64,000 nt of DNA from a virus (Duplodnaviria > Heunggongvirae > Uroviricota > Caudoviricetes). The position numbers and the translations under genes were made by a program. The stretch lies in IMG/VR virus record IMGVR_UViG_3300008987_000001. One strand, given 5' to 3'. Position 1 is the stretch's first letter; each line of letters opens with the position of its first letter. The notes beneath the pieces are model-generated. The model was given only the letters and a program-made list of their open reading frames with translations. It was not told the DNA's origin and did not search any database. Shown here piece by piece: positions 28,956 through 39,282 of this stretch.

Positions 28956-30101
28956 CTATATAATTCTTCGTATCCAGTTAAGTCTTGTAACAATCTGTTT
29001 ATTTAATACTCGTTGATTAAAATTATTTAGAATATGCTCTTTACATTTATTTCCAAGCATTCTGGCGTATTGTTTATCATTCACCAATGATAGCATGTGC
29101 ATTGAAGCATGACCAATTATTGGATCTGCCCATAAAGATACTGGGTTATATAAACATTGTGATGTCATTGTTTTTATCATATTATAATCGACAAGCAATG
29201 CACATGAACTATCAGTAAATTCCATGGATCCTCCATAAGATGTGACAATAACAGGTTTCCCAAGATACATGGCTTCCATCATTCCAATACCCAGACCTTC
29301 AGATCGATGTAATGATACATAACAATCAGATGCATTTATAAGACCTAAAAATTCTGATTTATCTACAACACCTCGTATATACTTTATATTATTGTAACGC
29401 TTTATGTAATGTATAAATGGTGCTTCTTCAAATGCGAACATTTCACCAAACATTGATTTTATCACTAATTGCACATCTGCTCTATTCCCAAAAGCACTTA
29501 TGAACGAATCAACTACAGCATAAGGATTCTTTCTATCAATAGATCCATAATAATCAAAAGAATAAAAGAATGTAAATTTATTTGAATCCAGTCCATATTT
29601 TTTGTATATTGTGGGTGGTGAGCAAACATCAATTATATTTGTCTCTGGTGCATATGCAAGTTTATGTATTGGGATCCCACGGTGATCAAACTTTTTGAAT
29701 ACATCATAACAGAATTGTGAAAAGCACCATATCTCATCTACATAATTATATGCATCGGTCCATGGGAAATAATCTTCAAGTTCCCAGAACCATACTCCGA
29801 TTGTATACTCATCCTCAGAAATTTGATGGTGATTCACTATACTTATAGCAGATTCAGCCCCGCCAAGAATAACATTTATAGGATAATGATTTGGTTCAAT
29901 AAATGTTAATGTTGATTTAAATGGAGTTACGGTATGTGGAATATCATTATCAATGAGAGATTTATGAAGCACCCTTGCAATTTCCCCCATTCCATTATCA
30001 TGAAGAACTCCAGCGTATAAATCAACTCCGAATGAATTCCATTTATGTTTATTAAAAATAGAATTAGAAATTACAGAAATTGATTTATTTAAATGTAGCA
30101 T
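28956..30101 (-). CDS. Glycosyltransferase, GT-B fold (GT4-like)
   Basis: EGLGIGMMEAMYLGKPVIVTSYGGSMEF (E-x7-E motif region). Confidence 0.5.
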   Translation of the reverse strand: MLHLNKSISVISNSIFNKHKWNSFGVDLYAGVLHDNGMGEIARVLHKSLIDNDIPHTVTPFKSTLTFIEPNHYPINVILGGAESAISIVNHHQISEDEYTIGVWFWELEDYFPWTDAYNYVDEIWCFSQFCYDVFKKFDHRGIPIHKLAYAPETNIIDVCSPPTIYKKYGLDSNKFTFFYSFDYYGSIDRKNPYAVVDSFISAFGNRADVQLVIKSMFGEMFAFEEAPFIHYIKRYNNIKYIRGVVDKSEFLGLINASDCYVSLHRSEGLGIGMMEAMYLGKPVIVTSYGGSMEFTDSSCALLVDYNMIKTMTSQCLYNPVSLWADPIIGHASMHMLSLVNDKQYARMLGNKCKEHILNNFNQRVLNKQIVTRLNWIRRII

Positions 30102-31080
30102 TTATGAATCCACCCCACTTATTAATAAAATAACAACGTTCATTGTATTCTATGAGTTGCTTTTCAAGCGTTGTGTCATATCCACGGGTCTTTGATTCGT
30201 AATGATATAACTTGGCATATGGCGTATATAAAACCTTATAATTTGCCTGATTCACTTTCATGCACAGATCAATATCATTATATGCAATTGGTAAATTATC
30301 ATCCATTCCACCAAGATCCAAATATAATTCACGCTTTATTGCAACACATGCTCCAGTAACCGCTGGATATATCATTGGCTCATTTGTCCGAGGATAAATG
30401 TCACACTTATGAGAATTTACATGCATAAATCCACCAATCACTTCACTATATACAACCCCACAGTGCTGTATAGTATGGTCAGCAAATAACAATTTAGCAC
30501 CAGTCATTCCAATAGTTGGATCGTCTATCATTGGACCAACCAATTGTTCAATCCATGTAGGTTCAATAATTTCAGTATCATTATTCAGCATGATAATATA
30601 TTCACCAGAACAATGAGGTATCACGGCATTATGAATTGCTGCATAATTATACTCCAATGGATAATCAAATACCAGTATGTTATATGGGCAGTTATCAAGC
30701 CAATCAACGGTATATTCATCACTCTGATTATTCACCACTATAATTTCATAATTGTTATGGGTTGATGACGTTACTATAGATCCAATACACTTGTTTAGAT
30801 CTTTAAGATGATCTCTTGTTGGAATAACAATAGTGACTAGTGTATCATTTAGATCATATGATGGTACATTTTCAAATTTATACAACTCGCAATTCATAGG
30901 TATACTTCTAACTTTATATGCAATGTGATTCGAGATGTCAATCCATTCTTGTTTTTTAAATAATGGTCCAAGTAATCCTAATACAAATCCTCCAATTAAC
31001 ATTTTATTTTTCTGTGAAAATATATAATGTGTAAAGTACAATGACAATACTCCGTTAATATAATTCAACTTACTTATCAT
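30085..31080 (-). CDS. Glycosyltransferase family 2 (GT-A), N-terminal TM
   Basis: VTIVIPTRDHLKDLNKCIGSI ... IIMLNNDTEII (DxD). Confidence 0.5.
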   Translation of the reverse strand: MISKLNYINGVLSLYFTHYIFSQKNKMLIGGFVLGLLGPLFKKQEWIDISNHIAYKVRSIPMNCELYKFENVPSYDLNDTLVTIVIPTRDHLKDLNKCIGSIVTSSTHNNYEIIVVNNQSDEYTVDWLDNCPYNILVFDYPLEYNYAAIHNAVIPHCSGEYIIMLNNDTEIIEPTWIEQLVGPMIDDPTIGMTGAKLLFADHTIQHCGVVYSEVIGGFMHVNSHKCDIYPRTNEPMIYPAVTGACVAIKRELYLDLGGMDDNLPIAYNDIDLCMKVNQANYKVLYTPYAKLYHYESKTRGYDTTLEKQLIEYNERCYFINKWGGFINATFK

Positions 31081-31921
31081 GATTTATATAGTCCTTTAAT
31101 GCTCGTTCCCAATATGGTGTATATATAATATGCGATGCCATTGATGTATTACATTGTCCATTCGGTGACTCAAATGGTTCAATTTCTATAGATAAATTTG
31201 CTAATTCTTTTATTTTACAAGCAAACTCATACCAGGAACAAGATCCGGCATTATTTAAATGAAATGTTCCTCTAAAATTATTACGTACAAGTAAATTCAA
31301 CGCACCAGTTGCATCCCGACAATACGTTGGACTCATAATAATATTATCTGGTATCGAAAGATCATCTATAGCATGCAACACTTTCTCTATGAAATTTGGA
31401 CCCTTGTTACTTGATCCTTTGAGACCGAAGAGACTGGACACTCTCCCAATAATATAATTGTCAGTGACATCCATTATGGCTTGTTCACCACACACCTTAC
31501 TCCTCCCATATTCATTGAGAGGTGCTACAGGATCGTCCTCATAATATGGAGAGCCTTTCCTTCCATCAAATACATAGTCAGTGGAGAAGTGAATAAATGT
31601 AGCATCAATATCATTACAAGTGTATGCCATGGACTTTGGCACCTCACAGTTCATTAGGTGTGCTAACCGTGGGTTATTCTCACACCCATCAACATCATGA
31701 TATGCTGTACAATTAATCACAATGGATGGCCCCACTTCACTTATATATTTATATACAACTTCAGCATCCCTGACATCAAGATCGTGGTGACTTGGAGCAA
31801 TTGCATCAAATGCCTTGACAATCTCACACCCCAATTGTCCCGAACCACCAAATACCAAAACACGTGACATTATATAATAGTTAGTTTTCGTATATATAAA
31901 TCTAATTGTTATACAACCCAC
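31070..31921 (-). CDS. rmlD: dTDP-4-dehydrorhamnose reductase (RmlD-type short-chain reductase)
   Basis: VLVFGGSGQLG Rossmann motif. Family-typical length 283 aa. Confidence 0.55.
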   Translation of the reverse strand: MGCITIRFIYTKTNYYIMSRVLVFGGSGQLGCEIVKAFDAIAPSHHDLDVRDAEVVYKYISEVGPSIVINCTAYHDVDGCENNPRLAHLMNCEVPKSMAYTCNDIDATFIHFSTDYVFDGRKGSPYYEDDPVAPLNEYGRSKVCGEQAIMDVTDNYIIGRVSSLFGLKGSSNKGPNFIEKVLHAIDDLSIPDNIIMSPTYCRDATGALNLLVRNNFRGTFHLNNAGSCSWYEFACKIKELANLSIEIEPFESPNGQCNTSMASHIIYTPYWERALKDYINHDK

Positions 31922-31950
31922 TTATATATTATGCTGGATAATGTGTTAAG

Positions 31951-32385
31951 GTGAAACGAAACCCAGTGGTTGATGCAGTGCTCACTCCTGACATGCGTAA
32001 GTGGTTGTTACATGGCATTAAACCATCAACATTTGATAATGAAATCAACACTACACCTGCTCAAGTTATTAGACCATCGACCCACCGATCCGGCTATATG
32101 GTCGTGAAGGCCACAGTCGCCAGTGAAACAGCAAAGGCATATAATTTGAAAGTGGAGTTAGATCAAAATAAGTATCAAGTTCGATTCCCATTCAACCCAT
32201 CACTATACATTTGGATGCCAAAGAAATGCTGTAACAAAATAGATCACAACTATTGGGAAGTATTAAGTCTCTTTGCAAATGAAAATTTAAATAAAGCAAT
32301 GATACAGTTAAAAAAGAAGTTGATCGAGTCCTATCACTTTGAATCCACTGATATAATAAAGATCAATGGAATTCACTTACTTTAA
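31951..32385 (+). CDS. Hypothetical protein (probable leaderless GTG start 26 nt after a TATA box at 31920-31929)
   Basis: ACTTATATATT box upstream. Confidence 0.3.
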   Translation: MKRNPVVDAVLTPDMRKWLLHGIKPSTFDNEINTTPAQVIRPSTHRSGYMVVKATVASETAKAYNLKVELDQNKYQVRFPFNPSLYIWMPKKCCNKIDHNYWEVLSLFANENLNKAMIQLKKKLIESYHFESTDIIKINGIHLL

Positions 32386-32736
32386 GAATCCTGATATAAA
32401 GGAAGGAGTACTCACCATATCACTTGGCATTGGTTCAGTCTTATCAACCACAACACTCTTCTTCTTCTTTGGATACTCATTAATTGATTTATATGACACT
32501 GTACCCTTAATCTTTCTTGTAATGTACTCGGTATCACATGACCCAATGTAAATTAATTTCTTTCCTGATGTACGGATATCCATTGCAACACTCTTAAGCA
32601 TCGTAGGATCTTCCCCAACATACACAATGGTATCATACTGCACAATATCTGAAATGAAAGTCTCTCTATTATACTTTAGATATTTCCCTTCAATCTCACG
32701 GCTGACATCCTTACCAATGATTGCGATCATATGCAA
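32377..32736 (-). CDS. Hypothetical protein
   Basis: 119-aa ORF. Confidence 0.3.
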   Translation of the reverse strand: MHMIAIIGKDVSREIEGKYLKYNRETFISDIVQYDTIVYVGEDPTMLKSVAMDIRTSGKKLIYIGSCDTEYITRKIKGTVSYKSINEYPKKKKSVVVDKTEPMPSDMVSTPSFISGFLK

Positions 32737-32785
32737 TGATCCATCCTACCAATATATAATAGTTTTATATACTATGGGATCCAAT

Positions 32786-32856
32786 ATTATAGTCCCCCCA
32801 AAACACAAAGAACATGAGAAGGAAGATCATCTTCTTTCTGTGTTTTTTGTTAAGAG
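32786..32856 (+). repeat. Intergenic structured repeat, copy D
   Basis: TTATAGTCCCCCCAAAAC ... GAAGGAAGAT-C-ATCTTCTTTC hairpin ... TGTTTTTTGTTAAGAG. The overlapping 83-aa ORF 32627-32878 is probably spurious. Confidence 0.5.
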
Positions 32857-33106
32857 ATGCTGGCGGGTTGCGTTATAATTATCTTCTTTTGTTCCAGTTG
32901 GATGGCTTACAACTTGTTTAATATTTACTATAAGTTAATCATTACTTATACTGTAACAACTAATATATACTTATAAATCAATTATATTATACCAATAGGA
33001 TATGAATGGTTGCAGCCACCCATATCAGAAGAAATAGAAACGACATACATATGTTGTCTTTTCTTCGATATAAATGTTGTGATTGTGATCCTATTGCGAG
33101 GTATAG

Positions 33107-33907
33107 ATGACAGACATAAATGAAATTGTTAGTACGTTCTCTGGTAAAGATATCAGAGTAATAGAGTGTGATTCAGAACTATGGTTACCCATTGTAGATA
33201 TTGCCAACGCTATTGGATATGGCAACGATCAATTGACTAGATTGATAAGGAATAATAGTGAACTTTTTGAAGGATTTAACCGAACGACAAGCACTGTCGC
33301 CCGGCAAGATAAACCACCAGTGACACTTTCATGCGTTAATGAACAAGGTTTATACATGCTGCTTTCCAAGATAAGCCTTAACCAAGTTCAAGACCCAACA
33401 GTTAAACAAAACATAATCACATTCAACCGATGGATGGTTAATGAAATCAGACGTATACGTGAAGAGCGTTCTGTGAAACTTACACCAATGCAAACCCCCG
33501 GAGAAGTTCTTAAGGATGAAATGTCAATTGCCATGATGATTCAAGAATACCTTGGACTTGACAAAACCTTACTCATGGTAACTGCCATCACGCGAACAGA
33601 GAAACAGACTGGTACATCCCTAGTTGAGTATAAAAATCTGTTACCACCGGTAGTTGGGCCAGTAGCGATCCTAACTGCAACTGAAATTGGTAAACAGATA
33701 GATATGCAAGCATCGAAGGTTAACATCAAGTTAGCAGAACTCGGGCTTCATGAAAAGAAAGGTGGTATATGGACACTTACTGAAGCAGGTAAAGAGTATG
33801 GTGCCCCGTTCTATGAAAATGTGAATCATGGTTCTGGTTCCACTTGGCAGGGTGTTATTAACAAATGGTCTCCAAAAGTTATTGAATTGATTAAGGATAG
33901 CGTATAA
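33107..33907 (+). CDS. Bro-N domain protein (phage antirepressor-like)
   Basis: FSGKDIRVIECDSELWLPIVDIANAIGYGNDQLTRLI matches the Bro-N core. GAGGT RBS. Confidence 0.55.
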   Translation: MTDINEIVSTFSGKDIRVIECDSELWLPIVDIANAIGYGNDQLTRLIRNNSELFEGFNRTTSTVARQDKPPVTLSCVNEQGLYMLLSKISLNQVQDPTVKQNIITFNRWMVNEIRRIREERSVKLTPMQTPGEVLKDEMSIAMMIQEYLGLDKTLLMVTAITRTEKQTGTSLVEYKNLLPPVVGPVAILTATEIGKQIDMQASKVNIKLAELGLHEKKGGIWTLTEAGKEYGAPFYENVNHGSGSTWQGVINKWSPKVIELIKDSV

Positions 33908-34769
33908 TAAGTTATATATACTGTCAATACCAATGTTATGATCTAATTGGTGACAAGATACTTTTCAGCATCAACATTTTTCATTGGGCAGGTCACCAGG
34001 CCCAAAACAATTATGTTTAATAACATCCAAACCAAATTTTAAACTTAATATACATCCATAACAATGAACTGATCATTTTGTGCATATGCTTTCTGCACAT
34101 TTACCACGTATAAAAAAGTGGTTGCCTTAACAACAGTCATGGTCACAGAATATCATCGAGCCCTAATACTACATTTATCCGGTTTCTCAACTTGATAAGG
34201 TCATGTTTACTGATTTGAAAATTATAAGTATCGAGCCTAACGAAATATACACGTTATGAGTCTTCAGTTTCAATACTAAATACAGCACAATCAGCAGTAT
34301 TCTGGGGCCACGGATCTTCTACTAATTTAATCATTGTATCACCAGCATTCATAATTACTAATATCTTCTTCTGCTTTGCATCCTTCGCAGCATATAATTA
34401 CAACCACTCCAATACCAGTGAACCATACTTTGTAATATATCTTACCACAATGTCGTGCTTTAAATTCATCAGCACGTTGCTGTTCTATATCATTTAAATT
34501 TAATCCAGTTGACATAACATACTCCTCACGTTGTAATATTAATTAGATTTTGGATCATTTCAGCCTTTTCCCATTCATGACATAAGAATGGTGGCACTTC
34601 TGCTTCCATAAATACACATATGACTGTATTTGGTTTATCTCCCCATTCAAGGAAGTATAAACATCGCTCATCACAGTATTGTTCCATGATAAATAGTGCG
34701 TGGAAGAGTCGAACTTCCCTCAATTGGGCCAAAACCAATTATGGTTACCGATACACTAACGCACTACAG

Positions 34770-34800
34770 TCCCAATTGAAGGACTCGAACCTTCGAACCT
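34770..34800 (-). ncRNA. tRNA-like 3' fragment (T arm GAAGG-TTCGAGT-CCTTC + acceptor 3' strand) without an identifiable 5' half
   Basis: Reverse complement reads GGTTCGAAGGTTCGAGTCCTTCAATTGGGA. Confidence 0.3.
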
Positions 34801-35185
34801 ATAATGCTCGTGGGGGTTTTGATCATTGCATTATAGCACATGGTTTCACAGGGTAATACAGTGAGTAATTCACCATACACACTCCATGTGGTCAGGCCAT
34901 CTGACTTAAACTGGGTTGGTGATTTGATACACTGGTGATTTAGGTGAAACCCTTGGTGGGAATTTAACCCACATACTTGCGTCTATCACCAGTTCTGTGA
35001 CGTTGCTGCAGTATTCTTTCACATGCTTAATTACAAGGGCATGTGGATTGTCAATGTGATTCCTTGTCTATGCTCCTACGGGTGGAATCAACCCTGCGAG
35101 TCACAGCCATAGACCGCCGTATCCCGCCGAGTCGTTTCACGGGATAATTACACACTCCAACTGAATGGACTAGCGACAGTGTGGA

Positions 35186-35266
35186 TAATCGGTGCAGGAA
35201 TCGAACCTGCGACCCAATTCGGGATGACCTTTTCAGTCACGACTTTACCAATTCATCCAACCGATT
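35186..35266 (-). tRNA. tRNA-like gene, 81 nt, class-II architecture (perfect 7-bp acceptor stem AATCGGT/ACCGATT, T arm GCAGG-TTCGATT-CCTGC, variable-arm hairpin CCC-GAATT-GGG); anticodon not confidently assigned
   Basis: Hand folding of the reverse complement. Followed by a TCCA trailer. Confidence 0.5.
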
Positions 35267-35527
35267 ATTGCATTTTTTATCTGTCACTACCTAGGATAAC
35301 AGTCCTGTTATGCTTCAGGATAACCGACGGTTGGAATTGAACCAACTTTGCACCCTACTTGTCTCATCGATTACATATTATGGTGTGACCCATAAACATG
35401 TCAGACCTATCGTGGTTAGGCCAAGTTTGGTTTCGACCAACACCGTTGATCCCCTGTTTTCCTTCAGGGAGGCTTCTGGAGGTTGTTTTCACCTCTTTTA
35501 AGTTTGTTTATACCAGCCACGATCTGG

Positions 35528-35608
35528 ATGACAGCAACCGGATTCGAACCGGTGAAGGACTAACCACAGGATTTTGAGTCGTGCCTCGTTTCCACTTGAG
35601 TATACTGT
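35528..35608 (-). tRNA. tRNA, class II, probably tRNA-Leu(CAA): acceptor GACAGTA/TGCTGTC, 3-bp D stem CTC/GAG, anticodon loop CTCAAAA, T arm ACCGG-TTCGAAT-CCGGT
   Basis: Hand folding of the reverse complement. 81 nt. Followed by a TCCA trailer. Confidence 0.55.
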
Positions 35609-35827
35609 CGGGTGTTTATAATGTATTTGCATCGACATAAAGATATACATGGTTTGACCCATAGTATACCTCCCACACATTTTCGCAAACTACATATATC
35701 AGTCACAATGACATATCACTGTGCTATATACATATAAGTTGTATAGACATAAATGTGTATCGGTTACAATAGTGGTCAGGCCATGCCACAGCACCCAACC
35801 AAAAGGAGGAACTAACATGAACACCAC

Positions 35828-35900
35828 CTGCCTTGACAAAATAGAAAGGAAGAAGATCCTCCTTTCATACTATATGTCGTTTAGGGGGGTACCCAATATG
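35828..35900 (-). repeat. Intergenic structured repeat, copy G, directly upstream of the tRNA cluster
   Basis: TTGGGTACCCCCCCTAAAC ... AAAGGAGGATCTTCTTCCTTTC ... TATTTTGTCAAGGCAGG. Confidence 0.45.
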
Positions 35901-35934
35901 TATGTAGCAACTTATATATAATGGTGATGTTATA

Positions 35935-36357
35935 ATGATTTTATATATGAAGATATACTGCCCACATACAATTGGGAGCACTAAACCAGTTGTTTGTGAT
36001 CATGGGATGATACATGACACACGCTGTCCGTTTTGGCAACAGGATGGTCAATATGTCCATGTAGAGAATCTTATGGATAGTCCAATGGTGCTAGAGAGTG
36101 CTCTATGTAAATATATACCCAATATAATTCGTGATTTTGAAGTTGTGGGTAACTATAGATGGTACTGCACACAGTGGCCTGGAATCCGTGAGAAGGGGTA
36201 TGTGTGTATGTTGCAGGATGGACTAGGTAACAAGTTCACTGTGAGTGAAGTGGTATCACGTTATGCAAAGGATGAAGATTGTAATGAAATGATTAAGGAG
36301 GTGACAATTACTAATGATGGAGAAGGAGAGATCCAAGGATATAACATGTACCATTAA
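35935..36357 (+). CDS. Hypothetical protein
   Basis: TATA box AACTTATATATAA at 35910-35922. Confidence 0.3.
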   Translation: MILYMKIYCPHTIGSTKPVVCDHGMIHDTRCPFWQQDGQYVHVENLMDSPMVLESALCKYIPNIIRDFEVVGNYRWYCTQWPGIREKGYVCMLQDGLGNKFTVSEVVSRYAKDEDCNEMIKEVTITNDGEGEIQGYNMYH

Positions 36358-36594
36358 AGGTACGGTGTATGATATTGATGAAGTATATTTTGAGCACATA
36401 ATGAGGCAGTTAGGTGAGTTCTTATGTGAGCGCTATAAGCATGTTGATGTCGTAAGTCCATTGGAAGTTATGAGTCAGATTGCTTACATTGATGATCTCA
36501 CAATTCATGCCAAAATGTACATGGCATTCTGGATAGGTAAGCATAGCGAAAATTTAGAATATGAAGGATATATTTTGGCATGTATGAATAACGA

Positions 36595-38994
36595 TTAGAA
36601 CCAAGCCTCCAGTGTATTTTGGCCATTGATTGCTGATTCCCAGTTAAGGCCAATGCTCCACATATAACTTTCCATTTTATCCTTTATACATTTATCTGCC
36701 ATAAGTTTCCAATCAACATCATGAATTATTTTCGAAGTATCAAATCCATCATCAATACAGATTACTCGATCTTCTTTGAGATATACTAAACGGGGCTTCT
36801 CTCCTTCCTGGATAATATATCCATACTCATTCTTTGCATATTCTTTACCATCTAGCCATGAATTCTTCTTATCATATTTCAACTTACGTAGTTCCTTTGG
36901 TAATGATATATCATATATATCTACTTCACCATTTCGAACTCGTTGGTATAGATTCTTTACATGGTTTGTAGCCTTATTCACATCACCTTCAATAATTGCA
37001 GTTTCTAGGAAGTATAGTAGGCATTCCTTTATTATTTTCGGATTATCAGAACGTTTGATTTCAAGACCCATGAACTTTAATTCACTGCATTCAGTTCCTT
37101 CTTCCCAAATTAAGTGTCCTGCATACTTCTTTTTCCCAGTCTTGTTTCGATCTGTTGTTTTGGATTTGAATAATAGACGTCTAAATAACTTCTCCGCTTT
37201 GAGTTTGAAATGAACAGACGAACCTTTTTCATCTGACCACTTTACCAGTTCTTCATTAAGGTATTTTTCTAACTCTAAACATTCGGAGCCAGTAAAAACC
37301 TCAGATATGAAAACGGAGTCAGTATCTCCGTAGATTATCGATTTGGAGCGATTAGAACAAAGTTTCTGTATATGCCTATTGAGGTCTTGTCCAGTTTGGG
37401 TAATGAATTCAGCTTTCTCACGATCATATAATCGAGCAGATGGAGCCCCCATAATACCAAACACACTATTTACAAGACTCTTTGCAGAACTGTCGCGTGC
37501 TCCTGCTCCCAATAGTCCTTGTTTTTTCTGTTCTCTATACATCTCGCGAAGATCCATAAGCTTCTTGGTTGATTTTGCCACAACTCCATCTATATCGGGC
37601 GAAACAGAAAATCCAACGATCACATGTGGATAAAGGGCATTTAAATCCACTGTAGAAACCCATTCGTGAATTCCGAACGTTGGCTCGACTACAAGGGCAC
37701 CCTTGAACTTATCTTTTTCTCCTCCATACTTCTTACGGGGCATTGGCTTAATTCCTTCATGCATGACATACATTTCAATAACAAGTGAATTATGTAAACC
37801 ATCCATTATTTTATTCCCTGCAATCGATCTTGTAGTCTCAAAGAAATTATACAGACCAAGTTTCTTATCAATTACTTGTAGTGCTATAACATCATTCTTA
37901 CAATATTCAATGAATTCATCAAATCGTTCTTCATTGATAATCTGATCGAGGATTGGTGCAATATCTTTATAACTAAATGCAGCATCTTCTAATAATTCTT
38001 CATCAGATATAACTGATTTGAGTCCATTAGATTCGCGTTGTCCCTTTCCAATATTATATTTCTTAAATGCTTCCATCTCATCAAGAACTGCTCTACCAGG
38101 AATATATGAGCGAAACTTTCCATAAGTTGGATCATATTTAATTGAACAAGATCCATATCGTGGAATTCCTTTAAGATTTGTTCCAATATTAATAGAACGG
38201 TTAATTAAGTATGGTATATCATACTGATCTGAATTCCAAGCAGCTAAAATGTCTGGATTTATTTCATGCACATATGCGCAGAATAATTTAAACAACTCTT
38301 TTTCAGTCTCACAACATATTTGGCATGGGTCACCAGTCTCGCCAATTTGATAAGTAAATACTGCAATCTTTTCAGTATACGAATCCATGACTTGAATACT
38401 TACTACTGGATACTCTACATCCTTTGCATTTGGAAATATACCTTCCGGAGCACGAGTTTCAATATCAAAATATACAATACGTGGATCCATTACATGTTCT
38501 ATGTCAATTGGAGAAGGAATTCCATCTATAAGTGTATATGCATAACGGATTTTATGATCTACAAGAAATCGTTTATCAAACAAAACATCACTTTCATCAG
38601 TCCATGAATAGATATCACGGACTTTTGATACATCACTTGGTATCTTGACATTTACACGTTGAATTTCTCTACCTTTCGCATCAATTATTATTTCTGGATC
38701 TACATTTGTAATTAGTTCATGTATACGATGAGATTCATTAACAGGACAATAGAAGTATGGATTATATTGAAATGAATGTGTAACAGTCTCAAACTTATCA
38801 TTATAATTTCGCGAATACAAATCTACATATGGGACTCCATATTGTAAATGGTATCCACTTTCCATGACAACCCATATTTGATCATCAGACATGTATACTA
38901 TATACAACTGCAATGTATAAAAAAGATGTGAGTTATACCCACATGATACCAAGGAAGAACCCAATAATAAGTCCAATGATAACCATGAGGACAC
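36595..38994 (-). CDS. polB: Family B DNA polymerase
   Basis: Exo I FDIET. Motif A DLNALYP. Motif C IIYGDTDSVFI. 799 aa. Confidence 0.8.
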   Translation of the reverse strand: MSSWLSLDLLLGSSLVSCGYNSHLFYTLQLYIVYMSDDQIWVVMESGYHLQYGVPYVDLYSRNYNDKFETVTHSFQYNPYFYCPVNESHRIHELITNVDPEIIIDAKGREIQRVNVKIPSDVSKVRDIYSWTDESDVLFDKRFLVDHKIRYAYTLIDGIPSPIDIEHVMDPRIVYFDIETRAPEGIFPNAKDVEYPVVSIQVMDSYTEKIAVFTYQIGETGDPCQICCETEKELFKLFCAYVHEINPDILAAWNSDQYDIPYLINRSINIGTNLKGIPRYGSCSIKYDPTYGKFRSYIPGRAVLDEMEAFKKYNIGKGQRESNGLKSVISDEELLEDAAFSYKDIAPILDQIINEERFDEFIEYCKNDVIALQVIDKKLGLYNFFETTRSIAGNKIMDGLHNSLVIEMYVMHEGIKPMPRKKYGGEKDKFKGALVVEPTFGIHEWVSTVDLNALYPHVIVGFSVSPDIDGVVAKSTKKLMDLREMYREQKKQGLLGAGARDSSAKSLVNSVFGIMGAPSARLYDREKAEFITQTGQDLNRHIQKLCSNRSKSIIYGDTDSVFISEVFTGSECLELEKYLNEELVKWSDEKGSSVHFKLKAEKLFRRLLFKSKTTDRNKTGKKKYAGHLIWEEGTECSELKFMGLEIKRSDNPKIIKECLLYFLETAIIEGDVNKATNHVKNLYQRVRNGEVDIYDISLPKELRKLKYDKKNSWLDGKEYAKNEYGYIIQEGEKPRLVYLKEDRVICIDDGFDTSKIIHDVDWKLMADKCIKDKMESYMWSIGLNWESAINGQNTLEAWF

Positions 38995-39226
38995 TTAACA
39001 TCGTAGACATATAATTGAGATCATTGGTATCATGACATAGACATTTACAGGGAGATGGATCGTGCCATGCAATTAACTTACCGGTCATAACAGGTTCATC
39101 AACACTAACAAATTTATATATAGGTTTTAAGTGAGGTCCATCAATGACATCTACACTCACCTTATTGAACTGACCATCAAACCACTCACCATTTACAAAG
39201 TATCCATCATCATATTGCTTTACCAT
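38933..39226 (-). CDS. Small membrane protein (C-terminal TM)
   Basis: TATA box 24-34 nt upstream. Hydrophobic tail MSTMLSVLMVIIGLIIGFFLGIMWV. Confidence 0.3.
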   Translation of the reverse strand: MVKQYDDGYFVNGEWFDGQFNKVSVDVIDGPHLKPIYKFVSVDEPVMTGKLIAWHDPSPCKCLCHDTNDLNYMSTMLSVLMVIIGLIIGFFLGIMWV

Positions 39227-39282
39227 GTAACGTAATGGTTTGATGCAATTATATATAAGTGTAATGCTAAAAAAGTATGGGA

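Noticed and set aside
32627-32878. ORFs overlapping the intergenic repeat copies: 32627-32878 (+), 35721-35921 (+) and 49311-49559 (-)
   Set aside because: Their reading frames simply run through the conserved repeat element. The peptide-like conservation among them (…KEDLLLS.F.VK…) is explained by the shared nucleotide sequence and hairpin covariation.
35320-35500. Two further T-arm-like hairpins (GTTGG-AATTGAA-CCAAC at 35329-35346; TTGG-TTTCGA-CCAA near 35428-35441) as additional tRNAs
   Set aside because: I could not find 5' acceptor, D or anticodon arms at tRNA-compatible distances. They may be tRNA remnants or intron-containing genes, but I cannot support them as tRNAs.
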